From Fibrobacterota bacterium (GTDB lineage Bacteria > Fibrobacterota > Fibrobacteria > UBA11236), in the NCBI GenBank assembly GCA_028287505.1, contig JAQBPN010000074.1:22266-86265 (forward strand): a stretch of DNA of 64,000 bases, given 5' to 3'. This document shows, in pieces, positions 38,447 through 48,942 of the stretch. How positions within the stretch are numbered: the stretch's first letter is position 1; each line of letters opens with the position of its first letter. Position numbers and translations under genes: made by a program. A model generated the notes under the pieces. It worked only from the letters and a program-made list of their open reading frames with translations. It was not told the DNA's origin and searched no databases.

Positions 38447-40111
38447 TCAATCTATGAGGCTTATCTTGGCCGATCCGGATTTGACGACCTTGCTCCCCTG
38501 CAGAAGCTGGATGGACGCGAAATAGATTCCGGGAGCGACGCTCGCACCCTGCGAATCCTTCATCTCCCAGGACATGGCCGCGGACCCGGAGGCGGGATTC
38601 AAAGCGGAGGCGCTGGAGAAAATCGGGCGGCCGTCTATATCGCGCACCGTAAGGCGGGCCTGGGAGGCGCCTGTACCGGTCATGGTGATGCGGACGGGAT
38701 TGCCGCCGCGATGGGCCAGTCCGGGCTGCGCGAAGCAATCCGATGCGCCCTGCGTCCGGGACAGGCCGTTCCCGCCTACGAGGGTGGAAACCTTTCCGGT
38801 CCAGGGGATGGAAATCGTGGTGGTGGCGTTGGCGGCGATGGTCTTGTTGGTTTCCGTCGAGGCGATTTCCTTGGCGGTGCCCGAGGTGTAATCCATCAAA
38901 GTGACGCTATTGATGGTACCGGCGCCGCCTTTGGAAATGACATGCAGGAAAAAGCGCGCGTCCGAACCGGTCAGAAGCGGGACGAAATCCGTCACGTCCA
39001 GGCCGATTTCGATGGTCGAGCTCTGCCCGATGCCCATCATGGGAAAGGGGCCGCCACCGAAGTTGAATGCGCCGGCGTAGTCCATGTTCTTGGTGGCGGT
39101 GGTGGCTGCGGCGGAAGGAGCCACCCCGGTCATGATAGCGATGTTGTTGCGCTGGTTATGGGTGATGGACACCTTGAGCGCGAACATGGGCGAGTAGTTC
39201 TTCTTCACGTTGACGAACATGACCGGGGTTCCCTGGGCATTCGCCAATCCTGCGCCGGTCTTGAAAAGGGAGTATTTGGCCCAGAAATAATCGTTGCCGC
39301 CCCCCTCTCCCCAGCTGTTCACGAGCAGGTAGGAGCCTCCGTTGAAAGTGTCGTCGTACCCGACGATATCCAAGGCATGTCCGCCCGCGTTGCCCATCGA
39401 CGAAATGACCCTTCTGCCGCTCACGGTGGTCATGTGCTTATCGATATCGTCGCTGTTCATCTGGAAAACCAGCATCCCGCCGGCGGACGATCCGTCGGCA
39501 TGGTCGTAAAGGTATTGCTTGATCAACTCATCGCTGCCCGCCAGGCTGGCGTCGATCTTGTAGTATTCGCTGGCGCGGACCTTCATGGCGTTGTAGTACT
39601 TGGCGTAGCCGCTGGTCCATCCGCCGAAGCCGTTGCCCCAGGACATGCCGCCGAAATCGGTCGTGGCCATTCCCCCGGTCGCCTTCAGGATGTCGAAAGC
39701 CTCGACGAACATCCAGCCGTCGCCGCCTTCCGACTCATTGGCGCTGTTCAGGAAATGATAGGTGTATTCGAAGGTATACTTGGGAGTGCCTCCGCTGGTG
39801 GCCAGGTTCTGCGCCATCTGCTCTTCATAGGTGTAGGCGTAGGAGACCGCGGAAGCGTTCGCGCAGGCCCAACCGTTTATTCCCCAGGTACCCACCGGCG
39901 GCATCCACTTCTGCTTGGTGATATCCGCCGTGGCGGGAAGCGGATGGGCGGTCCTGTCCTTATACATCGCGGGCAGGACGAAGTTCGGGATCGAAGTCAT
40001 CTTGGCGGCCGTCACCGGGCCGAACTGCTTTCGCACCGGCGACGGGGTTTGGGAAAAAGCCGGTACCAGGACCCCGCCTATCATGATGGAAACGAGAATG
40101 CCTTGTTTCAT
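38447..40111 (-). CDS. secreted papain-like (C1 family) cysteine peptidase with a C-terminal T9SS/FlgD-Ig-type sorting domain
   Basis: Signal peptide; C1 motifs (GGHALDIVGYD, LVNSWGEGGGNDYFWAKY). The C-terminal about 85 aa match the Por-secretion-tail pattern (NPVRI..LTVRDIDGRPI..SWEMKDSQGASVAPGIYFASIQL..KISLID). Confidence 0.65.
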   Translation of the reverse strand: MKQGILVSIMIGGVLVPAFSQTPSPVRKQFGPVTAAKMTSIPNFVLPAMYKDRTAHPLPATADITKQKWMPPVGTWGINGWACANASAVSYAYTYEEQMAQNLATSGGTPKYTFEYTYHFLNSANESEGGDGWMFVEAFDILKATGGMATTDFGGMSWGNGFGGWTSGYAKYYNAMKVRASEYYKIDASLAGSDELIKQYLYDHADGSSAGGMLVFQMNSDDIDKHMTTVSGRRVISSMGNAGGHALDIVGYDDTFNGGSYLLVNSWGEGGGNDYFWAKYSLFKTGAGLANAQGTPVMFVNVKKNYSPMFALKVSITHNQRNNIAIMTGVAPSAAATTATKNMDYAGAFNFGGGPFPMMGIGQSSTIEIGLDVTDFVPLLTGSDARFFLHVISKGGAGTINSVTLMDYTSGTAKEIASTETNKTIAANATTTISIPWTGKVSTLVGGNGLSRTQGASDCFAQPGLAHRGGNPVRITMTGTGASQARLTVRDIDGRPIFSSASALNPASGSAAMSWEMKDSQGASVAPGIYFASIQLLQGSKVVKSGSAKISLID

Positions 40112-40174
40112 AGTTGCTCCTTTATGGCAAAAAACGTTCCCCACCGCGGCACCGCTGCCGGAGCCGGGTTCGAC

Positions 40175-40642
40175 TCAATCCGTTATCGTGAAAAATCCCG
40201 AATACAAAGTGATGGTGGAAGGAGGATAGTCGACGACTCTGACCTTCACGCTCTGACCGACCTTGATGAAGAAATCATCCCCGGGAACCCATTTGACCGT
40301 GTCTCTTCTGATGGCGCCTTTGTTTCCCTTGAGTACGATCGGGGTCAGGGAGTTTCCCTTCCCGCAATCCGGAGCCCAGCACGCGCCCGAATCCGTGCTG
40401 AAGGCGACATAGTAGGCCCTTCGCAAAAAACGCGCGGTATCGGTTTGGATGATGATGTAATTGGTATCCGTAATCTTGAACTTGGCCCCGGCCACCGGAG
40501 CGATAATCTGGACGGCGGCCTGATCGGAATCGGACTCCCCCGAGTTGCAATGCATGGCGGAAAGGGAAAGGATGGAAACCAATCCCAGGAAAAAAAGACC
40601 TTTGTTCCACCTGGATGCGACTTGCGAATTCTTGAATGGCAT
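40175..40642 (-). CDS. hypothetical secreted protein (upstream of, and co-oriented with, the protease)
   Basis: Signal peptide LFFLGLVSILSLSAM; no recognisable domain. Confidence 0.35.
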   Translation of the reverse strand: MPFKNSQVASRWNKGLFFLGLVSILSLSAMHCNSGESDSDQAAVQIIAPVAGAKFKITDTNYIIIQTDTARFLRRAYYVAFSTDSGACWAPDCGKGNSLTPIVLKGNKGAIRRDTVKWVPGDDFFIKVGQSVKVRVVDYPPSTITLYSGFFTITD

Positions 40643-40956
40643 TGACCGGATACTCCCTACGACGAATGATGGCGGCACAATCCGACGACCGTCGAATCAG
40701 GATTATATCCGGAACCGGCCGGATTGGCACCGTGAAAGGCGCCGCCTGCTCTCCATAATGTGGACTCCGCCCCGGAATAGTCGATTAAAATGCCTGCAAT
40801 TATTTAATTTTCCATCCAATCCAAATACTATTGGCGTTTTTATCGCATTTGAGGCTTCCGAAGCCACCAGAGGGGTTTCGCACGTTTTCCACAACGAAAC
40901 ACTTATTGGGTCCCAATGGTGAGCCGTCGTCGTCTCGCCATTGAGCTGTCGGGGCG

Positions 40957-41244
40957 CTAGTTGATGAAATAGGATAGGGCATTCAAAATGCCCCCGATGG
41001 CCAGGGCAGAAAATCCCCAGAAAAGGATTTTCTTTCCCTTTCTCAATTCCCGCCGTACCTTTTCATGCGACAGGTCCAAGGCCATGTCCTCTCCGTTTCC
41101 CCTCGAAACCTTTTGGATGGCGTTTCGGTTGGACTCGATCCCGATCAGAATGGCGTCTATGATGGCTTCCAAGCGGATTCCCAACACGATGGAACCTATG
41201 GCCGTAAGGACCGGCCCGGCCGCCTGTAGCACCACGGAATCCAT
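40957..41244 (-). CDS. hypothetical small membrane protein
   Basis: Two hydrophobic helices; AT-rich locus. Confidence 0.25.
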   Translation of the reverse strand: MDSVVLQAAGPVLTAIGSIVLGIRLEAIIDAILIGIESNRNAIQKVSRGNGEDMALDLSHEKVRRELRKGKKILFWGFSALAIGGILNALSYFIN

Positions 41245-41424
41245 GTGCACGATAAATAAGTTTTTTGCGGCGAAATCCCGGAATTTTTCAGTATGGAACG
41301 GCCGCGGCGGCAACGATTTTGATTTCCGTGGGAACCGGTAACACCTATGTTAAAACCGGCTATCGACGGATTCGGGCATCGCCTGAAAGAATCCGGAAAA
41401 TCCGTAAAAAACAAGGAGCGAGTT

Positions 41425-42297
41425 ATGAAAATCCTGGTGACCGGTGCGAATGGGCATTTGGGTTCGAAAGTGGTGGAGCATCTGCTGGCGACGGTTCCGG
41501 CCAAAAACGTGGCGGTCAGCGTCAGGGACCCTGGAAAGGCCGCGGCCCTGGGCGCCCGGGGCGTGGAAATCCGCAAAGGCGATTTCGAGGATCCGGTCTC
41601 CCTGGCAAATGTCTTCGCAGGCATAGACCGGCTGCTCATCATTTCGGTAATGGGGGACAACGAAACCCGCACCCGCCTGCATCTCAACGCCGTGGCCGCC
41701 GCAAAAAAGGCGAAAGTCGGGTACCTGGCCTACACCAGCCTCGCCAAAGCGGATTCCAGCACGCTGTGGTTGGGCGAGGTCCATCGCGCCACGGAAAAGG
41801 CCATCCGGGAAACCGGCATCCCCTATACCCTGCTGCGGAACAACTGGTACATCGAGAATGAACTCGATCTCATCCAAAGCATCGCATCGGGAGGGCCTTT
41901 GGTGACTTCGGCCGGGAACGGCCGCGTCAGTTGGGCCCCGCGCGCGGACTATGCCTTGGCGGCGGCCAACGTTCTTTCCGGAAGCGGACACGAGAACAAG
42001 ACCTACGAGCTATCGGGTCCATCCGCCACCTATATGGATCTGGCCGCGGCCCTTTCCAAGGTCCTGGGACGCGAGGTTCCCGTGCGACAAGCGGATGACA
42101 ATGCCTTGGGCACGGCCTTGGCCGGGATGGGCGTGCCTCATGAAATGATCCCCTTCGCGGTGGGAATCCATGCCGCAATCAGGCAGGGAGCCTTGGACGT
42201 CAAGAGCAAGGATTTCGAAACGCTATTGCGGCGATCCGTCACTCCCTTGAAGAGTCAGTTGGAATCCGTTCTGAAAGGACTTAGCGTTAGCGCATGA
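41425..42297 (+). CDS. NmrA-like / atypical SDR NAD(P)H-binding oxidoreductase
   Basis: Rossmann motif [16 protein letters not shown] and NmrA/YtfG-like length and profile. Confidence 0.7.
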   Translation: MKILVTGANGHLGSKVVEHLLATVPAKNVAVSVRDPGKAAALGARGVEIRKGDFEDPVSLANVFAGIDRLLIISVMGDNETRTRLHLNAVAAAKKAKVGYLAYTSLAKADSSTLWLGEVHRATEKAIRETGIPYTLLRNNWYIENELDLIQSIASGGPLVTSAGNGRVSWAPRADYALAAANVLSGSGHENKTYELSGPSATYMDLAAALSKVLGREVPVRQADDNALGTALAGMGVPHEMIPFAVGIHAAIRQGALDVKSKDFETLLRRSVTPLKSQLESVLKGLSVSA

Positions 42298-43163
42298 AGA
42301 TAAACATCGAGAAGTTCCGGATCCCGGCCGGAAAAAAGGTCGACCTGGATAAATGGCCGACCCTGGTGAAGCCGTTCTATCAATCCGAAAAGGACTACCG
42401 GGATTCCCTTGGGGCCGGTCTGGACGAACTGACCGGCCTGCAGAAAAAGCTGTACGCATCCAACCAGTACTCCCTGCTCGTAATTTTCCAGGCGATGGAC
42501 GCGGCGGGCAAGGACAGCGCCATCAAGCATGTCATGTCCGGCGTCGATCCCCAGGGCTGCCAGGTATTCAGTTTCAAAAAACCGAGCGACGAGGAACTCA
42601 AGCACGATTTTCTCTGGCGCAGCAATTGCCGGTTGCCGGAGCGCGGCCGCATCGGCATTTTCAACCGTTCATATTACGAAGAAGTGCTGGTGGTCAAAGT
42701 CCATCCGGAATACCTGCGGCCCCAAGGCATCGATCCCGACCGCATCGACCGGAAGGCATTGTGGAAGGGGCGCTATGAATCCATCGTGGACTCGGAACGC
42801 CATCTCCATCGCAACAACACCCGCATCGTCAAGTTCTTCCTGCATGTATCGATGGAAGAGCAACGGAAGCGCCTCTTGTCCCGCATCGAGAGCCCGGATA
42901 AAAACTGGAAGTTCAATCTCGAGGACATCAAGGAACGCGAGCGCTGGAGCGACTACATGAAGGCGTACGAAGCCTGCCTCGCCGAAACCTCCACGGACCA
43001 GGCGCCCTGGTACGCCATCCCCGCCGATGACAAGAGGAATGCCCGGCTCATCATCTCCAAGGTCATAGTGGAAACCCTGGATAGCCTGAAGATGCGGTAC
43101 CCGGTGGCGGACAAGGCGAAGGCCCGGGAGCTTCAGGAGATCCGAAAGCTGCTTGCCGGTTAG
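42294..43163 (+). CDS. ppk2: polyphosphate kinase 2 family (polyphosphate:nucleotide phosphotransferase)
   Basis: Walker A in the PPK2 context ([17 protein letters not shown]) plus Walker B/lid regions. ATGA overlap with the upstream gene. Confidence 0.85.
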   Translation: MKINIEKFRIPAGKKVDLDKWPTLVKPFYQSEKDYRDSLGAGLDELTGLQKKLYASNQYSLLVIFQAMDAAGKDSAIKHVMSGVDPQGCQVFSFKKPSDEELKHDFLWRSNCRLPERGRIGIFNRSYYEEVLVVKVHPEYLRPQGIDPDRIDRKALWKGRYESIVDSERHLHRNNTRIVKFFLHVSMEEQRKRLLSRIESPDKNWKFNLEDIKERERWSDYMKAYEACLAETSTDQAPWYAIPADDKRNARLIISKVIVETLDSLKMRYPVADKAKARELQEIRKLLAG

Positions 43164-43182
43164 GATTGGTTGATGAGATGGA

Positions 43183-43485
43183 CTATTTGCATCCGGCGGA
43201 AAAGGCCCAGGGCGTATAGAGCTGCTGGGTGACCGCGGAGACCAGACCGGTTATGAACGATTTTTCGGTCAGCACCACGGACCAATCCTTGTCGTTGCAG
43301 ATCGTCTTCAGGTTTTCCGGTTGGCTGAACTCCACCAAGCCGAGAATGCCCACATGATGGAATTCCGGCGGCGGGACGGGCGCGGCCGGGGCCGTCCCGT
43401 TGTGGAAATAGATTTTCGAGCAACCCGCCGTAAGCAGCGGAATCAGGATCGCGGTTACGCGGGCGGCGTGCTTCCAGGTTTCCAT
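43183..43485 (-). CDS. Bor/Iss-family lipoprotein
   Basis: Lipobox LTAGC, then HHVGILG...ITGLVSAVTQQLYTPWAFSAGC; colinear with phage lambda Bor (HHFFVSGIGQ...GLLGFITLGIYTPLEARVYC). Confidence 0.65.
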   Translation of the reverse strand: METWKHAARVTAILIPLLTAGCSKIYFHNGTAPAAPVPPPEFHHVGILGLVEFSQPENLKTICNDKDWSVVLTEKSFITGLVSAVTQQLYTPWAFSAGCK

Positions 43486-43499
43486 TCCATTCTCCTTCC

Positions 43500-43796
43500 C
43501 TACCCGCACCAGATCCTGGCCGAGCGGGGCGCATAGATCCCCAAGGTGACGATATTCAGGAGAACGTCCATGCCGGAATAGACGGCCTGCATTTGTTCCA
43601 CGGGTTTCTCTCCGCAGGCCGCACGGGCATCCACATGACCCTCCCCGACCAGACCCCAAAGCCAGAACTGCTGCCGGGCCTCGAAGGGGGCGGGACGGGT
43701 ATCTTTCCGTCCGCCTTCCGGACGAATGGTCACCTGCGAGCAGGACACCAGCATGGCAAAGCCGAACAAAGTCGCAGTGATGGCGGCGCGTTGCAT
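43500..43796 (-). CDS. Bor/Iss-family lipoprotein (tandem paralog)
   Basis: Lipobox MLVSCS and VYSGMDVLLNIVTLGIYAPRSARIWC, matching the Bor C-terminal signature. Confidence 0.6.
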   Translation of the reverse strand: MQRAAITATLFGFAMLVSCSQVTIRPEGGRKDTRPAPFEARQQFWLWGLVGEGHVDARAACGEKPVEQMQAVYSGMDVLLNIVTLGIYAPRSARIWCG

Positions 43797-43895
43797 ATCC
43801 GGGTTCTCCTGGAATCCATTTTCACGGCTCCGGTAAAATAAATCCGGCAACCTGCGGCAACGCGGATTTTCATCTGACAAGATGGCAGCCATCGA

Positions 43896-45062
43896 TCACG
43901 GCTTGAGGAAAATCTTCATGCAGCCGTCCCTTTTTTCGAGGAACATCCTGTACCCTTCGGCGGCTTCCGCCAAGGGCATGCGGTGGGAGATGATGAAGCT
44001 GGGGTCGATGGCTCCGGCCTCGATGAGGTCCAACAGTTTCCGCCAATGGGCCTGGACATGCGCCTGGCATTCGTGGATGTTCAGGGCCTTGTTGAACATG
44101 GCCCCCAGGGGAATCTTGTCCCCGAAGCCTCCATAGGCGCCGATGATGGACAACACGCCTCCCTTGCGGCAGGCCATGATGGCCTGCCGCAGAGCGAAAG
44201 GACGATCCGTCTCGACGCGCATCAATTGCTTGACCTTGTCATACATGCCGATGAACCCGCCCTCATGGGCCTCCATGCCCACCGCGTCGATGCAAGCGTC
44301 GGGACCATGACCCCGAGTCAATTCCATAAGCGTATCGTGGACTTTCAGCTCATCGAAGTTCAAGGTCTTGGCCCCCGCCGCCCGGGCCTTCTCCAACCTT
44401 TCCGGGACATGATCGATGGCGAATACGCGTTCCGCTCCAAGGAGGAAAGCGCTGCGGATGGCGAATTGCCCCACCGGCCCGCATCCCCAGATGGCGACGG
44501 TTTCCCCGCCTTTCAGATCGCAATTGAGGGCGGCCTGGTACCCGGTTGGAAAGATATCCGAAAGGAAAAGCACCTTTTCATCGGGAAGATGGGATGGGAT
44601 CTTCAAAGTCCCCACATCCGCGTAGGGAATCCTGACGAATTCCGCTTGCCCGCCGGGGATGCCTCCGAACATATGGGAATAGCCGTAGATGGCGGCCGTA
44701 TGGTTCCCCAGGAATTTATCCTGGAGTTCTTTTTCGGGATTGCTGTTGTGGCATAGGGAAAACTGCCCCTTGAGGCAATACACGCATTCCCCGCAGGAAA
44801 TGGGAAAGGATGCGACCACGCGATCTCCCGGTTTCAGGGTTTTGACGGCGGCTCCCACTTCCATGACTTCGCCCATGAATTCATGTCCGAGAATGTCCCC
44901 CTTTTCAAGAGTCGCGACGAAACCGTCATAGAGATGCAAATCGGATCCGCAAATGGTGGTGGCGGTGATGCGGACTATGGCATCCTTGGGGTCTTGCAGG
45001 CGGGGATCGGGCGCATCTTCGACGCGGACATCCCGGGAATCATACCAACGCAACGCTTTCAT
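43896..45062 (-). CDS. zinc-dependent alcohol dehydrogenase (MDR; glutathione-independent formaldehyde dehydrogenase-like)
   Basis: Catalytic zinc GHEFMGEV, structural-zinc Cys cluster (CGECVYCLKGQFSLC) and Rossmann motif AIWGCGPVG. Confidence 0.85.
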   Translation of the reverse strand: MKALRWYDSRDVRVEDAPDPRLQDPKDAIVRITATTICGSDLHLYDGFVATLEKGDILGHEFMGEVMEVGAAVKTLKPGDRVVASFPISCGECVYCLKGQFSLCHNSNPEKELQDKFLGNHTAAIYGYSHMFGGIPGGQAEFVRIPYADVGTLKIPSHLPDEKVLFLSDIFPTGYQAALNCDLKGGETVAIWGCGPVGQFAIRSAFLLGAERVFAIDHVPERLEKARAAGAKTLNFDELKVHDTLMELTRGHGPDACIDAVGMEAHEGGFIGMYDKVKQLMRVETDRPFALRQAIMACRKGGVLSIIGAYGGFGDKIPLGAMFNKALNIHECQAHVQAHWRKLLDLIEAGAIDPSFIISHRMPLAEAAEGYRMFLEKRDGCMKIFLKP

Positions 45063-45312
45063 GGCGCCTCCTGGAAAGTCGGTTTGAATACACTGGTAAC
45101 TGAATAAATCCCGGATGCACCGGGGGTTATCCTACTAAAATACCTTTTGGACACAACGCGTACCCGGAGCGGCAGCCAACGATGGCATGCGGGAAATCCG
45201 GATGGCCTATCGGTTTTGATAGACAGCGCCTATCGATCGCATCGGTACAAACGATTGGCCTGGCGGGGGCGGTTGGGTGTAGCTTGTATCGAGGCAACAA
45301 ACGGGAGGATAG

Positions 45313-45789
45313 ATGAATAGCAGCGACAATTCCGCCACCATGAAAAACCTGGAGTCGGCCTTCGCGGGAGAATCGATGGCGCATATGAAATACCTCCACT
45401 TCGCCAAGCTGGCCCGGGCCAATGGCCACATCGAAGTGGCCAAGGTGTTCGAGGAAACGGCCGCCCAGGAAATCAAACACGCCCTGGCCCATGCCGAACT
45501 GATTTATCCCGCGCAACTGGTGGGCACAACCAAGGCCCTGGAACTGGCCATCGAGGGGGAAACCTACGAGTACACGGAAATGTATCCGGGCTTCCGTCAG
45601 GAAGCGGAAAGGGAAGGCAACCTTGCCGCCAAGCGCGAGCTCGAAGAGCAGATCCGGGAATCCCGGGAACACGCGGAACTGTTCCGCGCCACCCTGGCGA
45701 CGGCCGCCAAGCGCTTCGCGGCCCTGGCCCGCATCGAGGAAAAACACGCCAACCGATATCGGCAAACATTGAGCGGGATCAAGGCCTGA
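45313..45789 (+). CDS. rubrerythrin-like ferritin-fold diiron protein (lacks a fused rubredoxin domain)
   Basis: Diiron E..EXXH-type helices ([39 protein letters not shown]). Confidence 0.65.
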   Translation: MNSSDNSATMKNLESAFAGESMAHMKYLHFAKLARANGHIEVAKVFEETAAQEIKHALAHAELIYPAQLVGTTKALELAIEGETYEYTEMYPGFRQEAEREGNLAAKRELEEQIRESREHAELFRATLATAAKRFAALARIEEKHANRYRQTLSGIKA

Positions 45790-45806
45790 GGCCGGAGGAG
45801 AAGCAC

Positions 45807-45977
45807 ATGAAAAAATGGAAATGCATCGTATGCGGATTCATCTATGACGAGGCCCTGGGCCTGGCCGACGAAGGCATTCCGGCGGGAACGCGTTGGCAGG
45901 ACATCCCGGAAGATTGGAGCTGTCCCGATTGCGGAACCTTCAAATCGGATTTCGAAATGGCCGAGATGAAAGGTTAG
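45807..45977 (+). CDS. rubredoxin (56 aa; not in the ORF track)
   Basis: Translation [56 protein letters not shown] has two CxxCG knuckles. An RBS-like ggagga lies upstream. Confidence 0.85.
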   Translation: MKKWKCIVCGFIYDEALGLADEGIPAGTRWQDIPEDWSCPDCGTFKSDFEMAEMKG

Positions 45978-46882
45978 GCGTTTACGGTATCCGGCTTCGC
46001 CAGATGCCGGCTGATTTCCTTGGCCCACTTCGCCAGAAAAGCCCCCCGCGGCGCGCCCTTGCGCCATGCCAAGGCTATTTTCCGGCTGGGACCGGGAGCT
46101 TTGAAGGGCAGATAGCGGATGGAGGCGGCCTGGCTGATGGGCGCCTTTACCGCCAGCCACGGCATCAAGGTGATCCCGTTTCCGGATCCGATCATCTGCC
46201 TCAGGGTTTCCAGGCTGGTGGCCCGGAAATACGGATGCTCGCGGGCGCCGGTCTGGTGGCACACCTCCAAGGCCTGATCCTTGAGGCAATGCCCGTCTTC
46301 CAACAGGTACAAGGTCTGGCCTGCCAGATCCTCCGCAGTGAGGGCGGCTTTCCGCGCCAGGGCATGTCCCGCCGGCACGGCCAGGTAAAAGGGTTCCAGG
46401 AGGATTTCCTCGGAAACCAGGCCCGCCTGGGCCACCGGCGTGGCCAGCAAAGCCGCTTCCACCCGGCCTTCCGCCAGGGCTTTCAGCAAATCCCTGGTCT
46501 GCATTTCCGATAGGAAAAGATCCAGGCGCGGATGGAGCTTGCGGGTCAGGGGAACCATCAAAGGCATCAGGTAGGGCGCCAAGGTGGGAATCACGCCCAG
46601 TTGCAAGGGACCGGAACGCGGATCCTTGAGAGCCTGGGCCGCTTCCGTCAATCGGCGCGCCTGCTCCAGGATCCCGGTGGCATAAGGCAGCAACCCTTCC
46701 CCTGCGGCGGTCAATCGAACCCCGCGCGCATGCCGTTCGAAAAGGCTGACCCCGAATTCCGCCTCCAGCTTTTTCAACTGACCGCTCAACGTGGGTTGCG
46801 AGACGAAGCAGCGTTCAGCGGCCTGGCGGAAATGCTTCAGTTCGGCCACGGCCGCGAAATATTCCAAATCCCTGATATTCAT
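45974..46882 (-). CDS. oxyR: LysR-family H2O2-sensing regulator OxyR
   Basis: Near colinear with E. coli OxyR, including MNIRDLEYF, the [12 protein letters not shown] and both redox cysteines ([11 protein letters not shown] ... EVCHQTGA). Start at the internal Met. Confidence 0.85.
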   Translation of the reverse strand: MNIRDLEYFAAVAELKHFRQAAERCFVSQPTLSGQLKKLEAEFGVSLFERHARGVRLTAAGEGLLPYATGILEQARRLTEAAQALKDPRSGPLQLGVIPTLAPYLMPLMVPLTRKLHPRLDLFLSEMQTRDLLKALAEGRVEAALLATPVAQAGLVSEEILLEPFYLAVPAGHALARKAALTAEDLAGQTLYLLEDGHCLKDQALEVCHQTGAREHPYFRATSLETLRQMIGSGNGITLMPWLAVKAPISQAASIRYLPFKAPGPSRKIALAWRKGAPRGAFLAKWAKEISRHLAKPDTVNA

Positions 46883-47213
46883 GCAATCAATATAGAACGG
46901 GAAAGGCCGGAAAAAGCGAATCCCCCCTCGCCGTTGCGAGGGGGGATTCTGGTACCGGCGACCGTGCGCCGTTGGGAGCGGCTTGCGCCGCGTGCGATCC
47001 GGGATGTCTCCGAGGCCAAGCCTCGCCTTGGTTGCCGCGCGCCCCCGGTATCGGCGCATCGGAACCCATCGCCCCCGTAACCTGCATGTGCATCCTGTGC
47101 ACACCGGGTAGCGACTGATCTCGAATCTACTCGATTCCGGTTCCGGACACCAAGAAAAATCTCCTTGAATTCAGCGATGGATTATCTGGGCCGATGGATC
47201 AGATTGCGAACCT

Positions 47214-48095
47214 TCAGATTTCCTGTTTTTCCCGCAACTTCAAGCGGAACCGGGCGAAGCCGGACTTGGGGAGCGGCCGCAACGAGGCGGCTTCGCGGGC
47301 AAATCTGTCTTTGATGGACCCGGATTGGGAATCCCCTTCCCTGCCCAACAGCCACCCAAGCAAAGCGGTGTTGGCGCCTTCCACCGATCGCAAGGGGTAG
47401 CCTTTCAGGAAAAGGGTTTCAATCATCCTTAGAGGCCTCTTCAGGCGCCCTGCCGACCAAGGGGCGAACGGTTCGGCCGTCACTGCCGAAAAACCGTGGT
47501 GCGCGGCGAATTGGGACATGGGAAGATTGAGTCCGGTTCCGCCCAGGAAAGCTTTGATCAAACGGTTGCGGGATTTTTCGTATTCGATTTCCGCGGGAAC
47601 GCCCTGGAAATAACGGAAAGCCCTCGCATGCCATTCGAGAAAGGCGTCCAGATCGGCGTGCTCGCACAGCTCGGCGTAAATCCGTCCCGAATATTCCAGG
47701 GTCAAAGTGAACAGGTGGATCTGGCCGCCTCCCGCTTCCACCTTGCCCAGATCCGCCCGGGCCCGCATTCCCGGCCCGCTTTCCGGCTTGCCGGCAAGGC
47801 TATCCTGCCTCAAGGCCCGGACCTTCCGCTTTACCAAATCGTAGCTTCCGGAATACCCGGCGGCCTGCAGGCGCCGGAAAACCTCAACAGCCCTGGTGGC
47901 GGGCCGCTCCCCGAGCATTCCGGACAAGGTATCGAGGTAACCTGCAAGTTTCCCAGGCTGATTCTGCGGAAAATGAGAGCCGAAGCCGGCGGTCAGGTAT
48001 TTTTTGAGGGTATTTCTGCTTACGCCCAACATCCGGGCGATTTTACGTCGGGAATAGCCCTCCCCGGCCAGAGCCAGGGCAGTCGCCATGTCCAT
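47214..48095 (-). pseudogene. IS21-family transposase (IstA-like) remnant, C-terminally truncated
   Basis: N-terminal HTH (GYSRRKIARMLGVSRNTLKKYL) and part of the DDE core (GYSGSYDLVKRKV, FTLTLEYSGRIYAEL, FRYFQGVPAEIEYEKSRN). Only 293 aa remain, there is no istB and no visible inverted repeats. Confidence 0.5.
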
Positions 48096-48198
48096 CCCAG
48101 TCCTCCGAAACCCCCCGGCACCGGATTCCTAATATAACGCGGCTTGGCTGGCACAGGTTTCAAAAACGCTCCGGAGGAGCGTTTTTCGAAGCGAGGGT

Positions 48199-48942
48199 CT
48201 AGCGGATGAAATTGCGCCTAAGCTCGATTGTGGGAGGATCGGAAAGAAACACCATCTGGAGTTTTTCACCCTGGGACATCAACCGTTGCAGGAGGGGAAG
48301 CACATGGGACTTGTAATGCTCCCGCACTTCCTCGGAAAAGCCGGTGGCGTCGATGGATTCGAGAATCTCCACGGTTTTGGTGGGGACGGCGGAAATGACA
48401 TGGATTTCCCTGGGTCCCACATGGGGTTTCTTTTCGCCGGCCTTGCGGCCCCGGCGGGTGCGGCTTTCTTCCGGAATCACGCCTTTTTTCCGGAGCTGGG
48501 TCTTCATGCTGAAGAAATGGGGCTTGGACAATTCCTTGAAGTCGAGGCTCTTGACGAGTTCTTCGTAAGTGCACCCCGGATGCTCCTTGATGTACTGTTT
48601 GGCCTTCTCGTTCAATTTCTTTTTCTCGAACTTTTTCAACGTCGATTCCTTTGCTTCTGGATTGTCGGTTTGTCCGGTTTTGGGCTTATCGAAGAGTCCC
48701 CCCATCAGGAACAACGCATTCACGTCTTTGGAACCGGTACGCGCCCGTTCCCGCTCTTCCCTGGCCTTGATGGCCTGTTCCACTTCATTGAAATGTTGGC
48801 GCGAAACGGTCGCATCCCCGGTGAGAACCTGGAATGTTTCGAAATCCTTGCCCGGATTGTTTTTCAGGAACACATATACTTTTTGTTTCAAAGGATTGTT
48901 AAAAAGCAAATCCGGTTTTTCTTTGATGATTGTAGTATTCAT
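48199..48942 (-). CDS. hypothetical Lys/Glu-rich protein with an internal duplicated about 45-aa module
   Basis: Two similar modules (KQKVYVFLKNNPGKDFETF... and KAKQYIKEHPGCTYEELV...). AT-rich gene next to the IS remnant. Confidence 0.3.
   Translation of the reverse strand: MNTTIIKEKPDLLFNNPLKQKVYVFLKNNPGKDFETFQVLTGDATVSRQHFNEVEQAIKAREERERARTGSKDVNALFLMGGLFDKPKTGQTDNPEAKESTLKKFEKKKLNEKAKQYIKEHPGCTYEELVKSLDFKELSKPHFFSMKTQLRKKGVIPEESRTRRGRKAGEKKPHVGPREIHVISAVPTKTVEILESIDATGFSEEVREHYKSHVLPLLQRLMSQGEKLQMVFLSDPPTIELRRNFIR

Noticed and set aside
43183-43892. Prophage call based on the Bor homologs
   Set aside because: No integrase, terminase, capsid or other phage genes flank the Bor-like pair, and the neighbours are chromosomal metabolic genes.
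47214-48095. Intact IS21 element (istA plus istB)
   Set aside because: The ORF is about 100-200 aa shorter than IstA, no IstB-like ATPase follows, and no terminal inverted repeats were found. It is called a remnant instead.
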